Shown one piece after another: positions 1 to 9,591 of a DNA stretch of 64,000 bases. The position numbers were made by a program, and so were the translations under genes. The first letter of the stretch is position 1, and each line of letters starts with the position of its first letter. The stretch is from Bacteroidales bacterium (GTDB lineage: Bacteria; Bacteroidota; Bacteroidia; Bacteroidales; F082): assembly GCA_016936505.1 (NCBI GenBank), contig JAFGXS010000034.1:25266-89265 (forward strand), given 5' to 3'. Below the pieces are notes generated by a model. It had not been told where the DNA came from. It saw nothing but the letters and a program-made list of their open reading frames with translations, and did no database searches.

Positions 1-144
1 CAGGTTACACAGCCGGTGAAAATCGTGTTCCAGCAAATCTCTGATAAAAATTGTCAGTTGCCTTTTGAGCTCGTGGATTTCCACTGTTTCAAAATATTTA
101 GCAGGAATATGCTGAAAACGATCAAACTCAATATTATTATCCAT
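1..144 (-). CDS. 5' part of a conserved-looking hypothetical protein running off the window start (MDNNIEFDRFQHIPAKYFETVEIHELKRQLTIFIRDLLEHDFHRLCNL...)
   Basis: Manual translation of the minus strand from ATG at 144 stays open to position 1. Divergent from the gene at 275. Not in the ORF track because it is truncated. Confidence 0.55.
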   Translation of the reverse strand, partial: MDNNIEFDRFQHIPAKYFETVEIHELKRQLTIFIRDLLEHDFHRLCNL

Positions 145-228
145 CTTTCACAAATAAAAATCAACTTCAGAGACAAGGCCAATACAAAGATGAACAGAAT
201 AATTGAAATACGTACCCATCTTTTATTA

Positions 229-236
229 TAACTTTG
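229..236 (+). promoter_or_regulatory. Bacteroidota sigma-A -7 box (TAACTTTG)
   Basis: Exact TAnnTTTG match ~40 nt upstream of ATG 275. Confidence 0.6.
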
Positions 237-274
237 CAGATCTGAACACGGAAGTCATCACAAAAATTAATACG

Positions 275-817
275 ATGAAAAAACAACTTTTATTATCCGT
301 TATTTTCCTGTTCTCATTCATCATTAGTGCAATGGCACAGGACGATTATTACCATAAACCATACAACCAGGTTGTTCGCGACCCAAATATCGGAATGGAC
401 ATTTTGCTCGGCCCTTGCAACGAAATGGGACTAAAAACCAATAGTTTGTTTGCACCGGCGTTTAACTACGAATACAACAGCTACAAACCCAATGCAAATC
501 TTATTAGCGAAATAAAAAAGAACATCAACAAAACCAGGATTACTATTGTTTTTGGAAGCTGGTGTGGCGACAGCAAATTACAGGTAGGGCGTTTTTACAA
601 AATACTGAATGAAGCAGGTTACCCTCCAAAAAACATTAAAGCTTTTGCTGTGAACCGAAAACTGAAAGCAACAGGAACTAAAGTTGATCGTCTGAATATT
701 ACCCGGGTTCCCACATTCATAGTCTATTATAAAGGTAAAGAAATAGGACGCATCACGGAATCTCCAAAAACCAGTTTAGAAGGCGATTTAGCTAACATCT
801 TAAAGAAAGTCAGATAA
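275..817 (+). CDS. Secreted thioredoxin-like protein (WCGDS, CxxS-type)
   Basis: Signal peptide MKKQLLLSVIFLFSFIISAMA, thioredoxin-fold motifs SWCGDS and RVPTFIVY. Start refined from 203 to ATG 275, downstream of the promoter box. Confidence 0.75.
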   Translation: MKKQLLLSVIFLFSFIISAMAQDDYYHKPYNQVVRDPNIGMDILLGPCNEMGLKTNSLFAPAFNYEYNSYKPNANLISEIKKNINKTRITIVFGSWCGDSKLQVGRFYKILNEAGYPPKNIKAFAVNRKLKATGTKVDRLNITRVPTFIVYYKGKEIGRITESPKTSLEGDLANILKKVR

Positions 818-1659
818 TGAAGGTTTTCAATACCATCTCAGATACCAAACAATTTCTGTCAGAAGAAAAACTCAAAGGAAAAAAAGTAGGGTTCGTACCA
901 ACAATGGGCGCTCTGCACAAGGGCCATCTGGAGTTAATGCGTCAGGCAAAAGAAGAAAACGATTTGCTTGTAGTCAGTATTTTTGTGAACCCTATTCAGT
1001 TCAACAATCAGGAAGATCTAAAAAAATACCCCCGAGATCTGGAAAAAGACAAGTCTTTGTTGGAAACGATTGCCTGTGACATTTTGTTTGCCCCTGCTGT
1101 AGAAGAAATGTACCCCGAACCCGTAAATAAAAAATATGGTTTTGGACCACTGGAGGAGGTGATGGAAGGCGCTTTCAGACCAGGCCACTTCAACGGGGTT
1201 GCTGTCGTGGTTCACAAACTTTTTAACATTGTTGAACCAGACAAAGCCTATTTCGGAGAAAAAGATTTTCAGCAACTGGCCATCATAAAAAAGCTTGTCG
1301 AAATGGAAAACCTCCCGGTTGAAGTTGTCGGTTGTCCCATAGTTCGCGAATCAGATGGTTTGGCCATGAGTTCAAGAAATGTCCGGCTGAATACGGAAGC
1401 CAGAAAAGAAGCTCCTTTTATTTACAAAACATTACAAGAAGCCAAACGGCGAAGAGATCATCTTTGTGCAGGCCCTTTACGACAAATGATCATCAATCTG
1501 TTTGAAGCCAATGAACAGTTCAAACTGGAATATTTCGATATTGTGGACGATAAAGAACTTCAACCTATTCAACACTGGAACAACAACAAAGGCACCGTTG
1601 CCTGTGTTGCCGGTTGGCTCGGAGGAGTTCGCTTAATTGATAACATTCGTATTATTTAA
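817..1659 (+). CDS. panC: Pantoate--beta-alanine ligase
   Basis: GFVPTMGALHKGH, SIFVNPIQF, RPGHFNGV, FGEKDFQQ, GLAMSSRN, RLIDN motifs. Confidence 0.97.
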   Translation: MKVFNTISDTKQFLSEEKLKGKKVGFVPTMGALHKGHLELMRQAKEENDLLVVSIFVNPIQFNNQEDLKKYPRDLEKDKSLLETIACDILFAPAVEEMYPEPVNKKYGFGPLEEVMEGAFRPGHFNGVAVVVHKLFNIVEPDKAYFGEKDFQQLAIIKKLVEMENLPVEVVGCPIVRESDGLAMSSRNVRLNTEARKEAPFIYKTLQEAKRRRDHLCAGPLRQMIINLFEANEQFKLEYFDIVDDKELQPIQHWNNNKGTVACVAGWLGGVRLIDNIRII

Positions 1660-1704
1660 TACATTATTTTTGCCAAAAATTTCCGGCCCAAACTCATTTG
1701 AAAA

Positions 1705-2049
1705 ATGATGATTGAAGTCTTAAAATCGAAAATTCACCGCGCTACTGTTACAGAGGCAGACCTGAATTATATCGGCAGCATAACTATTGACGAAGATTTG
1801 ATGGATGCTGTAAATATTATTGAAAACGAAAAAGTCAGCATATATAACATCACCAATGGTAATCGGCTTGATACTTATGTTATCAAAGGTAAAAGAGGTT
1901 CAGGTAAAATTGCCATTAATGGCGCTGCAGCCCGTTTAGTTTCCCCGGGTGATTTGGTAATTATTGTATCCTATGCTTCAATGGATTTTGAAGAAGCTAA
2001 AACCTTCAAACCCTACATTGTTTTTCCAAACACGGAAAATCATATTTAA
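1705..2049 (+). CDS. panD: Aspartate 1-decarboxylase
   Basis: [23 protein letters not shown] with the G-S autocleavage site, NGAAAR. Follows panC. Confidence 0.97.
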   Translation: MMIEVLKSKIHRATVTEADLNYIGSITIDEDLMDAVNIIENEKVSIYNITNGNRLDTYVIKGKRGSGKIAINGAAARLVSPGDLVIIVSYASMDFEEAKTFKPYIVFPNTENHI

Positions 2050-2061
2050 TTTAGAAATATA

Positions 2062-3084
2062 GTGTTAGCCAAACGACTTATCACCATCCTGCAGTACTTG
2101 TTTTTCCTTTTGTTGGGACTGGGATTACTTTGGTTGAGTTTTCAAAAGCTCAACATGAAAGAAGTGTATCGTGAAATTTTGAATGCAGATTATTGGTGGA
2201 TGGCTGCATCACTGATTCTGACCATTTTTTCACACTTATTCAGAGCAGCCCGGTGGAACCTGTTGATTGGCAGCATGAACTACAAAACAAGGCTTTCCAC
2301 TACTTTTGCAGCACTCATGACCGGATACCTCGTTAATACAGGCGTGCCGCGTTTGGGCGAATTTGTTCGCTGTGGTGTACTGTCGAAAAAAGAAAAAATT
2401 CCTTTCAATGCTTTGTTTGGAACCGTTATTTCCGAACGCATCTTCGATCTGTTGGTATTCTTCATCTTTTTTGTACTGATTATTGTTTTTCAGCTACAAC
2501 TGCTAAGCAACTTTTTGCATGAATTTTTTGATCCCTTTTTAAATAAAATCTTTGCAAATATATGGAGCATCTCCATCTTTTTCGGAAGCCTGATTCTCCT
2601 GTTTGTCATTTTGCTGGTTTACTGGAAAAAGAACCGCACAAAACTAAGAACCAAAGCCTTTTATCAGAAATTCAGCGACTTCATGGTAGGGCTTTTGGAT
2701 GGGATCAAAACCATTAAAAGGATGAAGAAAAAAGGCCTGTTCCTTTTTTATACTTTAGCTATCTGGTTTTTCTATATCATGATGATTTATGTTGGATTCT
2801 TCATGCTGAAAGAGACCAGTCACCTCAACTTCATCGCAGGAATTACAGTGCTTACATTGGGAAGTCTGGGAATTATAGCCCCGGTTCCCGGAGGAATCGG
2901 AGCGTACCACTTCATTGTAAAAGCCATCCTTACCGAAATTTATCACATCAGCCCTGATGCTGCTATTTCATTTGCCACACTCACTCATGCCGGACAAACT
3001 TTGCTGAACGTGGTGGTGGGTGCTCTGGGATACACTTTCTTAATTGTGAGCAAAAAACTTAAACCCAGCAATGACAAATTATAA
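2062..3084 (+). CDS. Lysylphosphatidylglycerol synthase TM-domain / UPF0104 flippase-like membrane protein
   Basis: Multi-TM; RAARW, PRLGEFVR, ERIFD and PVPGGIGAYH motifs. Confidence 0.85.
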   Translation: MLAKRLITILQYLFFLLLGLGLLWLSFQKLNMKEVYREILNADYWWMAASLILTIFSHLFRAARWNLLIGSMNYKTRLSTTFAALMTGYLVNTGVPRLGEFVRCGVLSKKEKIPFNALFGTVISERIFDLLVFFIFFVLIIVFQLQLLSNFLHEFFDPFLNKIFANIWSISIFFGSLILLFVILLVYWKKNRTKLRTKAFYQKFSDFMVGLLDGIKTIKRMKKKGLFLFYTLAIWFFYIMMIYVGFFMLKETSHLNFIAGITVLTLGSLGIIAPVPGGIGAYHFIVKAILTEIYHISPDAAISFATLTHAGQTLLNVVVGALGYTFLIVSKKLKPSNDKL

Positions 3085-3565
3085 CTTCATAGAAAACAAA
3101 ATCCTGTCAAAGGAATTACTGGATGCATCTGTAAAACGCTGGCATTTTTTCAGAAAAAAGGTAGTGTTCACCAATGGCTGTTTCGACCTGCTGCATTTAG
3201 GCCATGTAGATTACCTTTCCAAAGCCAAAGATCAGGGCGACATACTCATTATTGGTGTAAATACCGATCGTTCGGTAAGAACGCTGGGAAAGGGAAATTC
3301 CAGGCCTATTAATGATGAACACGCCAGAGCCACTCTGGTTGCCTCATTACAATTTGTGGATGCTGTAATATTATTTGACGAAGAAACGCCTTACGAGCTT
3401 ATTAAACAGGTTCAACCCGACGTACTCGTAAAAGGGAAAGACTACAAAGAAGAAGATATTGTAGGTTATGACATTGTAAAAGCCAAAGGCGGAGTAATAA
3501 AAACCATCGACCTGGTTCCGGGTTATTCCACTACAGCCATCGAACATAAAATCAAAAACAGTTAA
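3071..3565 (+). CDS. rfaE2: D-glycero-beta-D-manno-heptose 1-phosphate adenylyltransferase
   Basis: VFTNGCFDLLHLGHVDYL, GVNTD, RPIN, PDVLVKG, GYSTT. Confidence 0.9.
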   Translation: MTNYNFIENKILSKELLDASVKRWHFFRKKVVFTNGCFDLLHLGHVDYLSKAKDQGDILIIGVNTDRSVRTLGKGNSRPINDEHARATLVASLQFVDAVILFDEETPYELIKQVQPDVLVKGKDYKEEDIVGYDIVKAKGGVIKTIDLVPGYSTTAIEHKIKNS

Positions 3566-4458
3566 ACTGATTTTTGGGCTATAGTTTCCTTAACCTGTTT
3601 TACAATACTATCGGTAAACGACTGTAACGCTTCCTCACTCAGGTTCAGATATAAATCGGGTTCAAGCAGCTCCACTTCCATAATCAGGAATTTACCGTTA
3701 TGCCAAACTCCATCCAACCGCTGGTAAAGCGTTCTTCTTCCATGGCGCACAAAAAGCCGGTTTGCAATTTGCAACAACTCTTCCGGTGTCTCATGTGCCC
3801 GGTATTGTCCTCCGTGCTGAAACTGAACACGATAATCGCCAGGTTTGGGAACCTTGGTTACCGAATAGGTAAATCCGTTGGCAAATGTCAGCGTTGAAAC
3901 CTCACCTTCTGCAATAGCCGGAAGAAATTCCTGCAACATAAACGGCCTGTTCTGGTAATATTCTTTTATGTACTGATCAAAAGTAATTCTATCATCCGCG
4001 TTCAAAACAAAGGTATGGTATGAACCTCCTGAAATCATCGGCTTTAAAACCATCTTTTCCCAGTTCATGTTTTGAACCCCTGCAAAGGCAACTTCCGGAT
4101 CGTTATAACAAAAAACTGTCGGAATTACATCATATCCTTCTTCCATCAGCGTTTTCAAATAACCCTTCTCCATATTCCAGCTAATGATGTCCAGAGGATT
4201 AGCTGTAGGAACCCCCGAAGCTTTCAGTACATCCAGCAAAATACGAAACCGTTCAGCATTTTTATAATAGTTCCAAACCGTTCGAAAAACAATCAATTGA
4301 TATTTTTGTAACGACTCAGGTTCTACACCAAGTAAATCTTCCCAGAAAAGAACATCACAAACCAGTTTCTGCTTTCTCAGCCTGTCCATCACTTCCTGAT
4401 CGTAAGGCATCAGATCGGGCATTTCACGGGTGGTCAGAATAGCTATTGTCATTTTCAA
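3562..4458 (-). CDS. ATP-grasp ligase, RimK/glutathione-synthetase-like
   Basis: RTVWNY, VLKPMISGGS, MLQEFL, DYRVQFQHGG, LIMEVELLEPDLYL. Confidence 0.8.
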   Translation of the reverse strand: MKMTIAILTTREMPDLMPYDQEVMDRLRKQKLVCDVLFWEDLLGVEPESLQKYQLIVFRTVWNYYKNAERFRILLDVLKASGVPTANPLDIISWNMEKGYLKTLMEEGYDVIPTVFCYNDPEVAFAGVQNMNWEKMVLKPMISGGSYHTFVLNADDRITFDQYIKEYYQNRPFMLQEFLPAIAEGEVSTLTFANGFTYSVTKVPKPGDYRVQFQHGGQYRAHETPEELLQIANRLFVRHGRRTLYQRLDGVWHNGKFLIMEVELLEPDLYLNLSEEALQSFTDSIVKQVKETIAQKSV

Positions 4459-4573
4459 CTTTATTTGAGCGCAAAACTAATAAGTTTCACCACATAAATT
4501 CCTTAAAATACATCCCTGAAAATTGCATCAGGCCAACAATATTGGTAACTTTGGAAAGAAAATTCATCACGTC

Positions 4574-5431
4574 GTGAAACGGAAAAAAACATTCGGACTG
4601 GCACTGAGTGGTGGTGGTGCCAGAGGAATTGCACACCTGGGCATTTTACAGGCTTTGGAAGAAAACGGGGTTGTGCCTTCGGTTATGTCAGGAACCAGCA
4701 TGGGAGCGTTAGTCGCCGTTGGCTATGCTCTTGGTTTTAAGCCTACAGAAATGCTTAAACTAATCGACAAAGAAGTAAAACCGTTTTCTCTTTCCAATGC
4801 TAATTTAAGCCGTAACGGGTTATTCAGCATGAAACGGGTTAAAGATATTCTTACCGAAAAAGCCGAAACCGATGATTTCAGTGTATTGAACCTTCCGGTT
4901 TATGTTACGGTAACCAATATGAACACCGGTAAATTTGAAATTCACTCGCAAGGAAAATTTATAGATTACACCATTGCTTCGGCATCTATTCCTATTTTCT
5001 TTAAACCGGTAGTTATTGACGAGGTTTATTATGTTGACGGAGGTTTAACCAAAAATATGGCTGCGCACATTCTTGAAGGAAAATGCGATATTATCATCGG
5101 TGTTAATGTGAACCATATTGCCGTTCTGACCGACTTTAAACGGATGAAAGACATTGCTTCACGAACCTATCATCTGGCTGTTGACAACACCATTCGCGAT
5201 GAGTTGGACTATTGTAATTACATTGTAGATCCCCCTGAAACACATCAGTTTACTCCTTTTGATTTCAACAAAGCTGAAGAAATATATGAAGTAGGATATA
5301 AGGAAGGGCTACAACTGGCAAATCATTTGAAAGCTGACGAAGAAAACAACCGTTCATTCATGAGTAGAATTTTCGGTAAAAAAACAATGAGAATAACTTC
5401 TTATCATAGGATTTTTCACCTGAATACATGA
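4574..5431 (+). CDS. Patatin-like phospholipase
   Basis: LSGGGARG, GTSMG nucleophile elbow, DGG. Start moved to GTG 4574 because a TAACTTTG box lies inside the longer 4523 ORF. Confidence 0.9.
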   Translation: MKRKKTFGLALSGGGARGIAHLGILQALEENGVVPSVMSGTSMGALVAVGYALGFKPTEMLKLIDKEVKPFSLSNANLSRNGLFSMKRVKDILTEKAETDDFSVLNLPVYVTVTNMNTGKFEIHSQGKFIDYTIASASIPIFFKPVVIDEVYYVDGGLTKNMAAHILEGKCDIIIGVNVNHIAVLTDFKRMKDIASRTYHLAVDNTIRDELDYCNYIVDPPETHQFTPFDFNKAEEIYEVGYKEGLQLANHLKADEENNRSFMSRIFGKKTMRITSYHRIFHLNT

Positions 5432-5450
5432 CAAAAAAAAGACTGGTAAC

Positions 5451-6071
5451 TTATTTTAAAACTTTATTATTTTGAACAATTTTCCCCTTTTTATCAAGCT
5501 CCATAACAACAGAAACTACATTACCCATATAATAACCTTTGATTATATTACCATAATCGTCAGCTAAAAGAATTTCTGCTATCATTTCATCTTTTGTGCC
5601 TGAAAGCACAGCCTCGCCGTTATTTATATCAAGAAAAGTGCCCTGTTCAGTATTACCATCATAATCAAAAAAAGCATTGCAACTATTAATTGTACCCGGC
5701 ATATCAACCGTAGCTGTACCGCTTTCTGTAACATAACGACCCGGAATAAACGAATCTGAGTTTTCCGAAGACAGCATTCCAGCAGAAAGCCCTGCGCCTT
5801 TACCCGTTGCGTCAATAAGAGTATCATCTTTTATAGTTACATCAATACCCGGGGAAAGAAACAACAGACCCGAATAGTAAACCGTATCCTGATTCTGATT
5901 AACTGCGGAACCAATTTTCAAATAAAAGCATTGCGACAGTTCGTATATTCTCCCTTGATATGAAAGATAGTTTTGAAGTGTTTCGTCTACAGGATCGTTG
6001 TCTATTTTGCAACCGGAAAAAATAAGACCTATGAATATTAAAAGAATAAGGGATGTGATTAAACGTTTCAT
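5451..6071 (-). CDS. Hypothetical lipoprotein
   Basis: Lipobox LIFSGC after a hydrophobic signal; beta-rich mature part. Confidence 0.7.
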   Translation of the reverse strand: MKRLITSLILLIFIGLIFSGCKIDNDPVDETLQNYLSYQGRIYELSQCFYLKIGSAVNQNQDTVYYSGLLFLSPGIDVTIKDDTLIDATGKGAGLSAGMLSSENSDSFIPGRYVTESGTATVDMPGTINSCNAFFDYDGNTEQGTFLDINNGEAVLSGTKDEMIAEILLADDYGNIIKGYYMGNVVSVVMELDKKGKIVQNNKVLK

Positions 6072-6090
6072 TTAAAATATTCTTTGCCGG

Positions 6091-6738
6091 TTAGAATCGA
6101 AAAGTTACTGGTAGTATTACTCCTAAAAAAGTAAAACTTGCACTCGAGCTTCCAGAATAAATTACACTAATCTTGGGGTTAATTCCTATCTTCCACACAT
6201 TAAGGTAAACACCCACAGAACTCATTGCTCCTAACCCTCCTGTTGCTTTTTTCTCATATATATCAGCATAAGGTTCGTAAAGATTATCAAAAACTCCAGT
6301 GTACTCCTTGAAAGAAAAAATACCAAGAGCAAACTCCGAGTTAAAACCTGCTATTTTCCAATTTGTTCTGGGTGAAATTCCAAAATACACACCACCTCCA
6401 TTCAAAATATATTCGCTCGAGTTGGTATTTCCTGAACTCCATGAAGTAGAGCTTATCCTATCATTTCCCTTTAACAATAATGCCCCAAAAAACAAGTCAA
6501 TACATTTGATTTTTGTTGGGAGTGAAAATTTCAGGTTTAACCCACTCATACTTGTAATGTTATTATCAGGAGCATTTTCAGCTTTATATCTAAAGTAGTT
6601 TTCGCCATTAAAAAAATTACTATAAAATGCATATCCTATTTCCATTTTAAGTTTAGTATTTATTGGCGTAAAAGTTTGTGCTAAAGCAACAAATGAGGTG
6701 CCAGCGAACAACAAAATAAAAACAATAAATCGTTTCAT
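6091..6738 (-). CDS. Putative outer-membrane beta-barrel protein
   Basis: Signal peptide, alternating amphipathic strands, C-terminal aromatic residue (TFRF). Confidence 0.65.
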   Translation of the reverse strand: MKRFIVFILLFAGTSFVALAQTFTPINTKLKMEIGYAFYSNFFNGENYFRYKAENAPDNNITSMSGLNLKFSLPTKIKCIDLFFGALLLKGNDRISSTSWSSGNTNSSEYILNGGGVYFGISPRTNWKIAGFNSEFALGIFSFKEYTGVFDNLYEPYADIYEKKATGGLGAMSSVGVYLNVWKIGINPKISVIYSGSSSASFTFLGVILPVTFRF

Positions 6739-6858
6739 AACATTTGGTTTTTAAAATCTTTAATTATAAATAATTTAATGGAAACCTCTCCAGAATGAGA
6801 TTACTGAAAGGTTACCACGCCGAATTAATGTCAAAATGGTTTATACCAAACCTCTATT

Positions 6859-7460
6859 TTAAGGAATAATACCAAATTGTAGCCCTATAGTTGACACCCC
6901 TTCATCAAATAAATCATGAACCCCGGCACTAATTCCAACATAATATTTTTTAAAATGATAATTATAATACAACTTAACAGACATAGATTGCCTTACACCA
7001 TTCTTCGAAATAACTCCTATAAATTCGTCAGAATTATTTTCATTTCTATAATTGTAGTAATTATCTGAGTACACACTGAAACCATAACCGGTACCAATTC
7101 CGAAGTCTATTAATGAAACCCTTTGATTATTAAATAAATAAGCGGTTTTACTATGAGATACAATTCAAATAAACCAGCCATGTCATTGCCGTGAGCTTTA
7201 TCTGTATTAACTATGTATTGTTCCCCTTGCATACTATTCCAATAATACTCTATTGGTTTGTTCTTAAGGTTAGACACAAAAGTAAAATTTGGTGATACTT
7301 CAATTCCTTTAATGATCGGCATGCCTACATTAAAAGAAAAATAATAACCGTCAACAGGATTTCCATAACCGGCAAAACCGACACTGGCATTAACAGATAA
7401 GTTCTGAGCATAAAATACGCTTGGAAAGAATAAGAATAGTAATAACAATTGTTTTTTCAT
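6859..7460 (-). pseudogene. Outer-membrane beta-barrel gene broken by a single frameshift near 7135-7142
   Basis: ORF 7460-7110 and ORF 7074-6859 join if one base is restored (span 602 nt = 3n-1), giving ...KPL?LFNNQRVSLIDFGIGTGYGFSVYSDNYY...LQFGIIP. Confidence 0.7.
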
Positions 7461-7574
7461 TGAAATTAATATTTAAATTACTAATTTATTTTATTATAAA
7501 AATTTGAGATCATCCATTCCACGGCTTAGAAATTTTATTATAAAATGTGAAATGGATGATTTCTTTTTATATTT

Positions 7575-7913
7575 CTATGGATAACAAGATTGGTTGTTAT
7601 CGACGGTTGATATTGTCATTTTAAAACCATAATTACCAAACTCTACCACTGTTGTCTCCGGATCATAATATCTTAAATAACCCATACCAATATTATCATC
7701 TCCTGAGTGAAGCAAACTTTTTATAGTAACCGAAACACTCCCATCAACACTAAAACCTGTACTATCAATATTTTTCTGTTTATATGCTGCATTAAGAGTT
7801 ACATCAACATTCGGGAACCTATCCCACTCAATAACTTTCATTGTCAAAACTTCATCCCAATCGGAAGGTTGCCAATTACCTCCTTTCTTTGTTTTGTAGA
7901 TTATTATTTGCAT
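7575..7913 (-). CDS. Hypothetical protein, possibly the C-terminal fragment of a larger secreted protein
   Basis: 112-aa ORF whose first ~15 codons lie inside the direct repeat; the rest is polar and beta-rich (MKVIEWD...DDNIGMG). Confidence 0.45.
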   Translation of the reverse strand: MQIIIYKTKKGGNWQPSDWDEVLTMKVIEWDRFPNVDVTLNAAYKQKNIDSTGFSVDGSVSVTIKSLLHSGDDNIGMGYLRYYDPETTVVEFGNYGFKMTISTVDNNQSCYP

Positions 7914-8075
7914 GGTAATTTCATTTCATTGAGGGGAGGTTTTTCCCCTGTTATTTTTAAAAAAAAATCCTTTGAAAATTAAATTGTGTCTTTTAGGATT
8001 TTCAGTTTGCTAATTGTTTCACAACAAAGAAAAGAAAAAAAAAACGAAAATCTTAAAATTTCTTAAAATTTAAAT
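7869..8075. repeat. ~205-bp direct repeat, copy 1 (copy 2 at 12398-12603)
   Basis: Visual alignment; the block aaaaaaatcctttgaaaattaaattgtg-c-ttttaggattttcagtttgctaattgtttcaca is almost identical in both copies. Confidence 0.92.
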
Positions 8076-8347
8076 CCGGTCTAAATAGTCGTTCCTTATC
8101 AACCAAAATTCGGGCAAATTGTTTCTGATTTTGTAATATTTTTAAGAATTTCCTGAAGGAAAAATAAAGCCAAAGAAATTCTAGTTTTTAATTTCTTCAA
8201 ATCCCAACTATTGCGGCACGCATTGTTGCAAAAGAAAACGTAATGTTATGTATTTTTAAATCCTTCTTTGTGTTAGCTTCGACGGACAGGAAAAGTATGG
8301 TTTAATTCCTCGGAGTTCTACTCTAAAAAAATGAGTTCAGGAGTTCT

Positions 8348-9589
8348 CTATGGTTTAATACCATTTATTTTAACCTTATACGGTTTAAAAAATGACTTAT
8401 CTAATAATTTAATCAATACTTTTAAAACTAAAAATATCACAACAAGGGGAAGAATTAAAGATTCTATAAGTATAATATTTATATTATGATATCTTCCCTC
8501 AAGTATGGCTAACAAAATCGTTTTGATGTTAGCAGGAATCTGTTTGAATAATTCAACGTTCCACACCAGCATATATGAAATAAAAGCTATTGTAAATAGT
8601 AAGTTGAAAACATAATATAATACAAAAGCAATCTGTTGAATTTTACATTGAATTCTCTCTTTAAAAATACATTGAATAAAAAAAAGTGTTTCTTTTTGGG
8701 CTTTTTGTTTTAAATCTGTGATATTTAAAAAATCAGAAAGCAACCAGTATCCATCCATTTTAATAAATGGATTTAGATTAAGAACTCCTATTATAAAAGA
8801 AAAAAATGCAGCAATTAAAAAATCATTGTGGGCTGAGATAAAGAAAATAAATAAGTAAAAGCAAGAAATAATAAACTGGAAATATAATCCGCCAAAATCA
8901 ACAACCATCCGTTTTTTATTGTTTAGCTTCCAACTATCCGTAACATCTGCAAATAAAACTGGGGCAAATAAATATAATCCTATTCCAATTTTGCGCGGTA
9001 CTTCTTCAAAATAGTATAAAGCTGATGCATGTCCAAATTCATGCAGGAAGAAAACAAGGATTAACAATATTGTAACTAAAATGGAACTAAAGTTATTTAT
9101 TCCTGTCAATGTTGGCCTTGTATTCAGAAAGTGAACGCTACTCCATAATAAAACGAATAAGCTAAATAATAAGGATATAATAACAACTTTCCGGTGGAAC
9201 AGAAAAGCTAAGTATTTGCTAATAAAAATGACACTTTTTTCAGGAATAATAGTAAAACTTAAGTTAATATAACTCTTCTTCTTTTTTGTTTTACTTTCTT
9301 CAGTTTCTATAACTCCTTTAGAATACAATGTTACATAGAATAGCTCATGAATTTTTTCTACATTACTGTTGTTTACTGATAGTCCGGCTTTTTCACATAT
9401 TTGTTTTATTGTATTCATCCCCGTGGCTAACTCCAGAAAGTGAACCACATATTCACTAACAATTAAAGGGTTACTTGAATCTTTGTTGTTGATATAATAC
9501 CTCCCATCTGGCAGCTTTTCCCAGTATGTGTTTTTACGTAATTTGGGGGTTTTATGAATAACTTCAACCTGATTAGTTTTGTTTTTCAT
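8348..9589 (-). CDS. RRE(PqqD-like)-fused site-2 (M50) zinc metalloprotease, YydH-like
   Basis: N-terminal ~100 aa with three short strands plus a helical segment (FLELATGMNTIKQI), then a TM domain with LHEFGHA (HExxH) and NLNPFIKMDGY (NxxPxxxxDG). Confidence 0.85.
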   Translation of the reverse strand: MKNKTNQVEVIHKTPKLRKNTYWEKLPDGRYYINNKDSSNPLIVSEYVVHFLELATGMNTIKQICEKAGLSVNNSNVEKIHELFYVTLYSKGVIETEESKTKKKKSYINLSFTIIPEKSVIFISKYLAFLFHRKVVIISLLFSLFVLLWSSVHFLNTRPTLTGINNFSSILVTILLILVFFLHEFGHASALYYFEEVPRKIGIGLYLFAPVLFADVTDSWKLNNKKRMVVDFGGLYFQFIISCFYLFIFFISAHNDFLIAAFFSFIIGVLNLNPFIKMDGYWLLSDFLNITDLKQKAQKETLFFIQCIFKERIQCKIQQIAFVLYYVFNLLFTIAFISYMLVWNVELFKQIPANIKTILLAILEGRYHNINIILIESLILPLVVIFLVLKVLIKLLDKSFFKPYKVKINGIKP

Positions 9590-9591
9590 AT

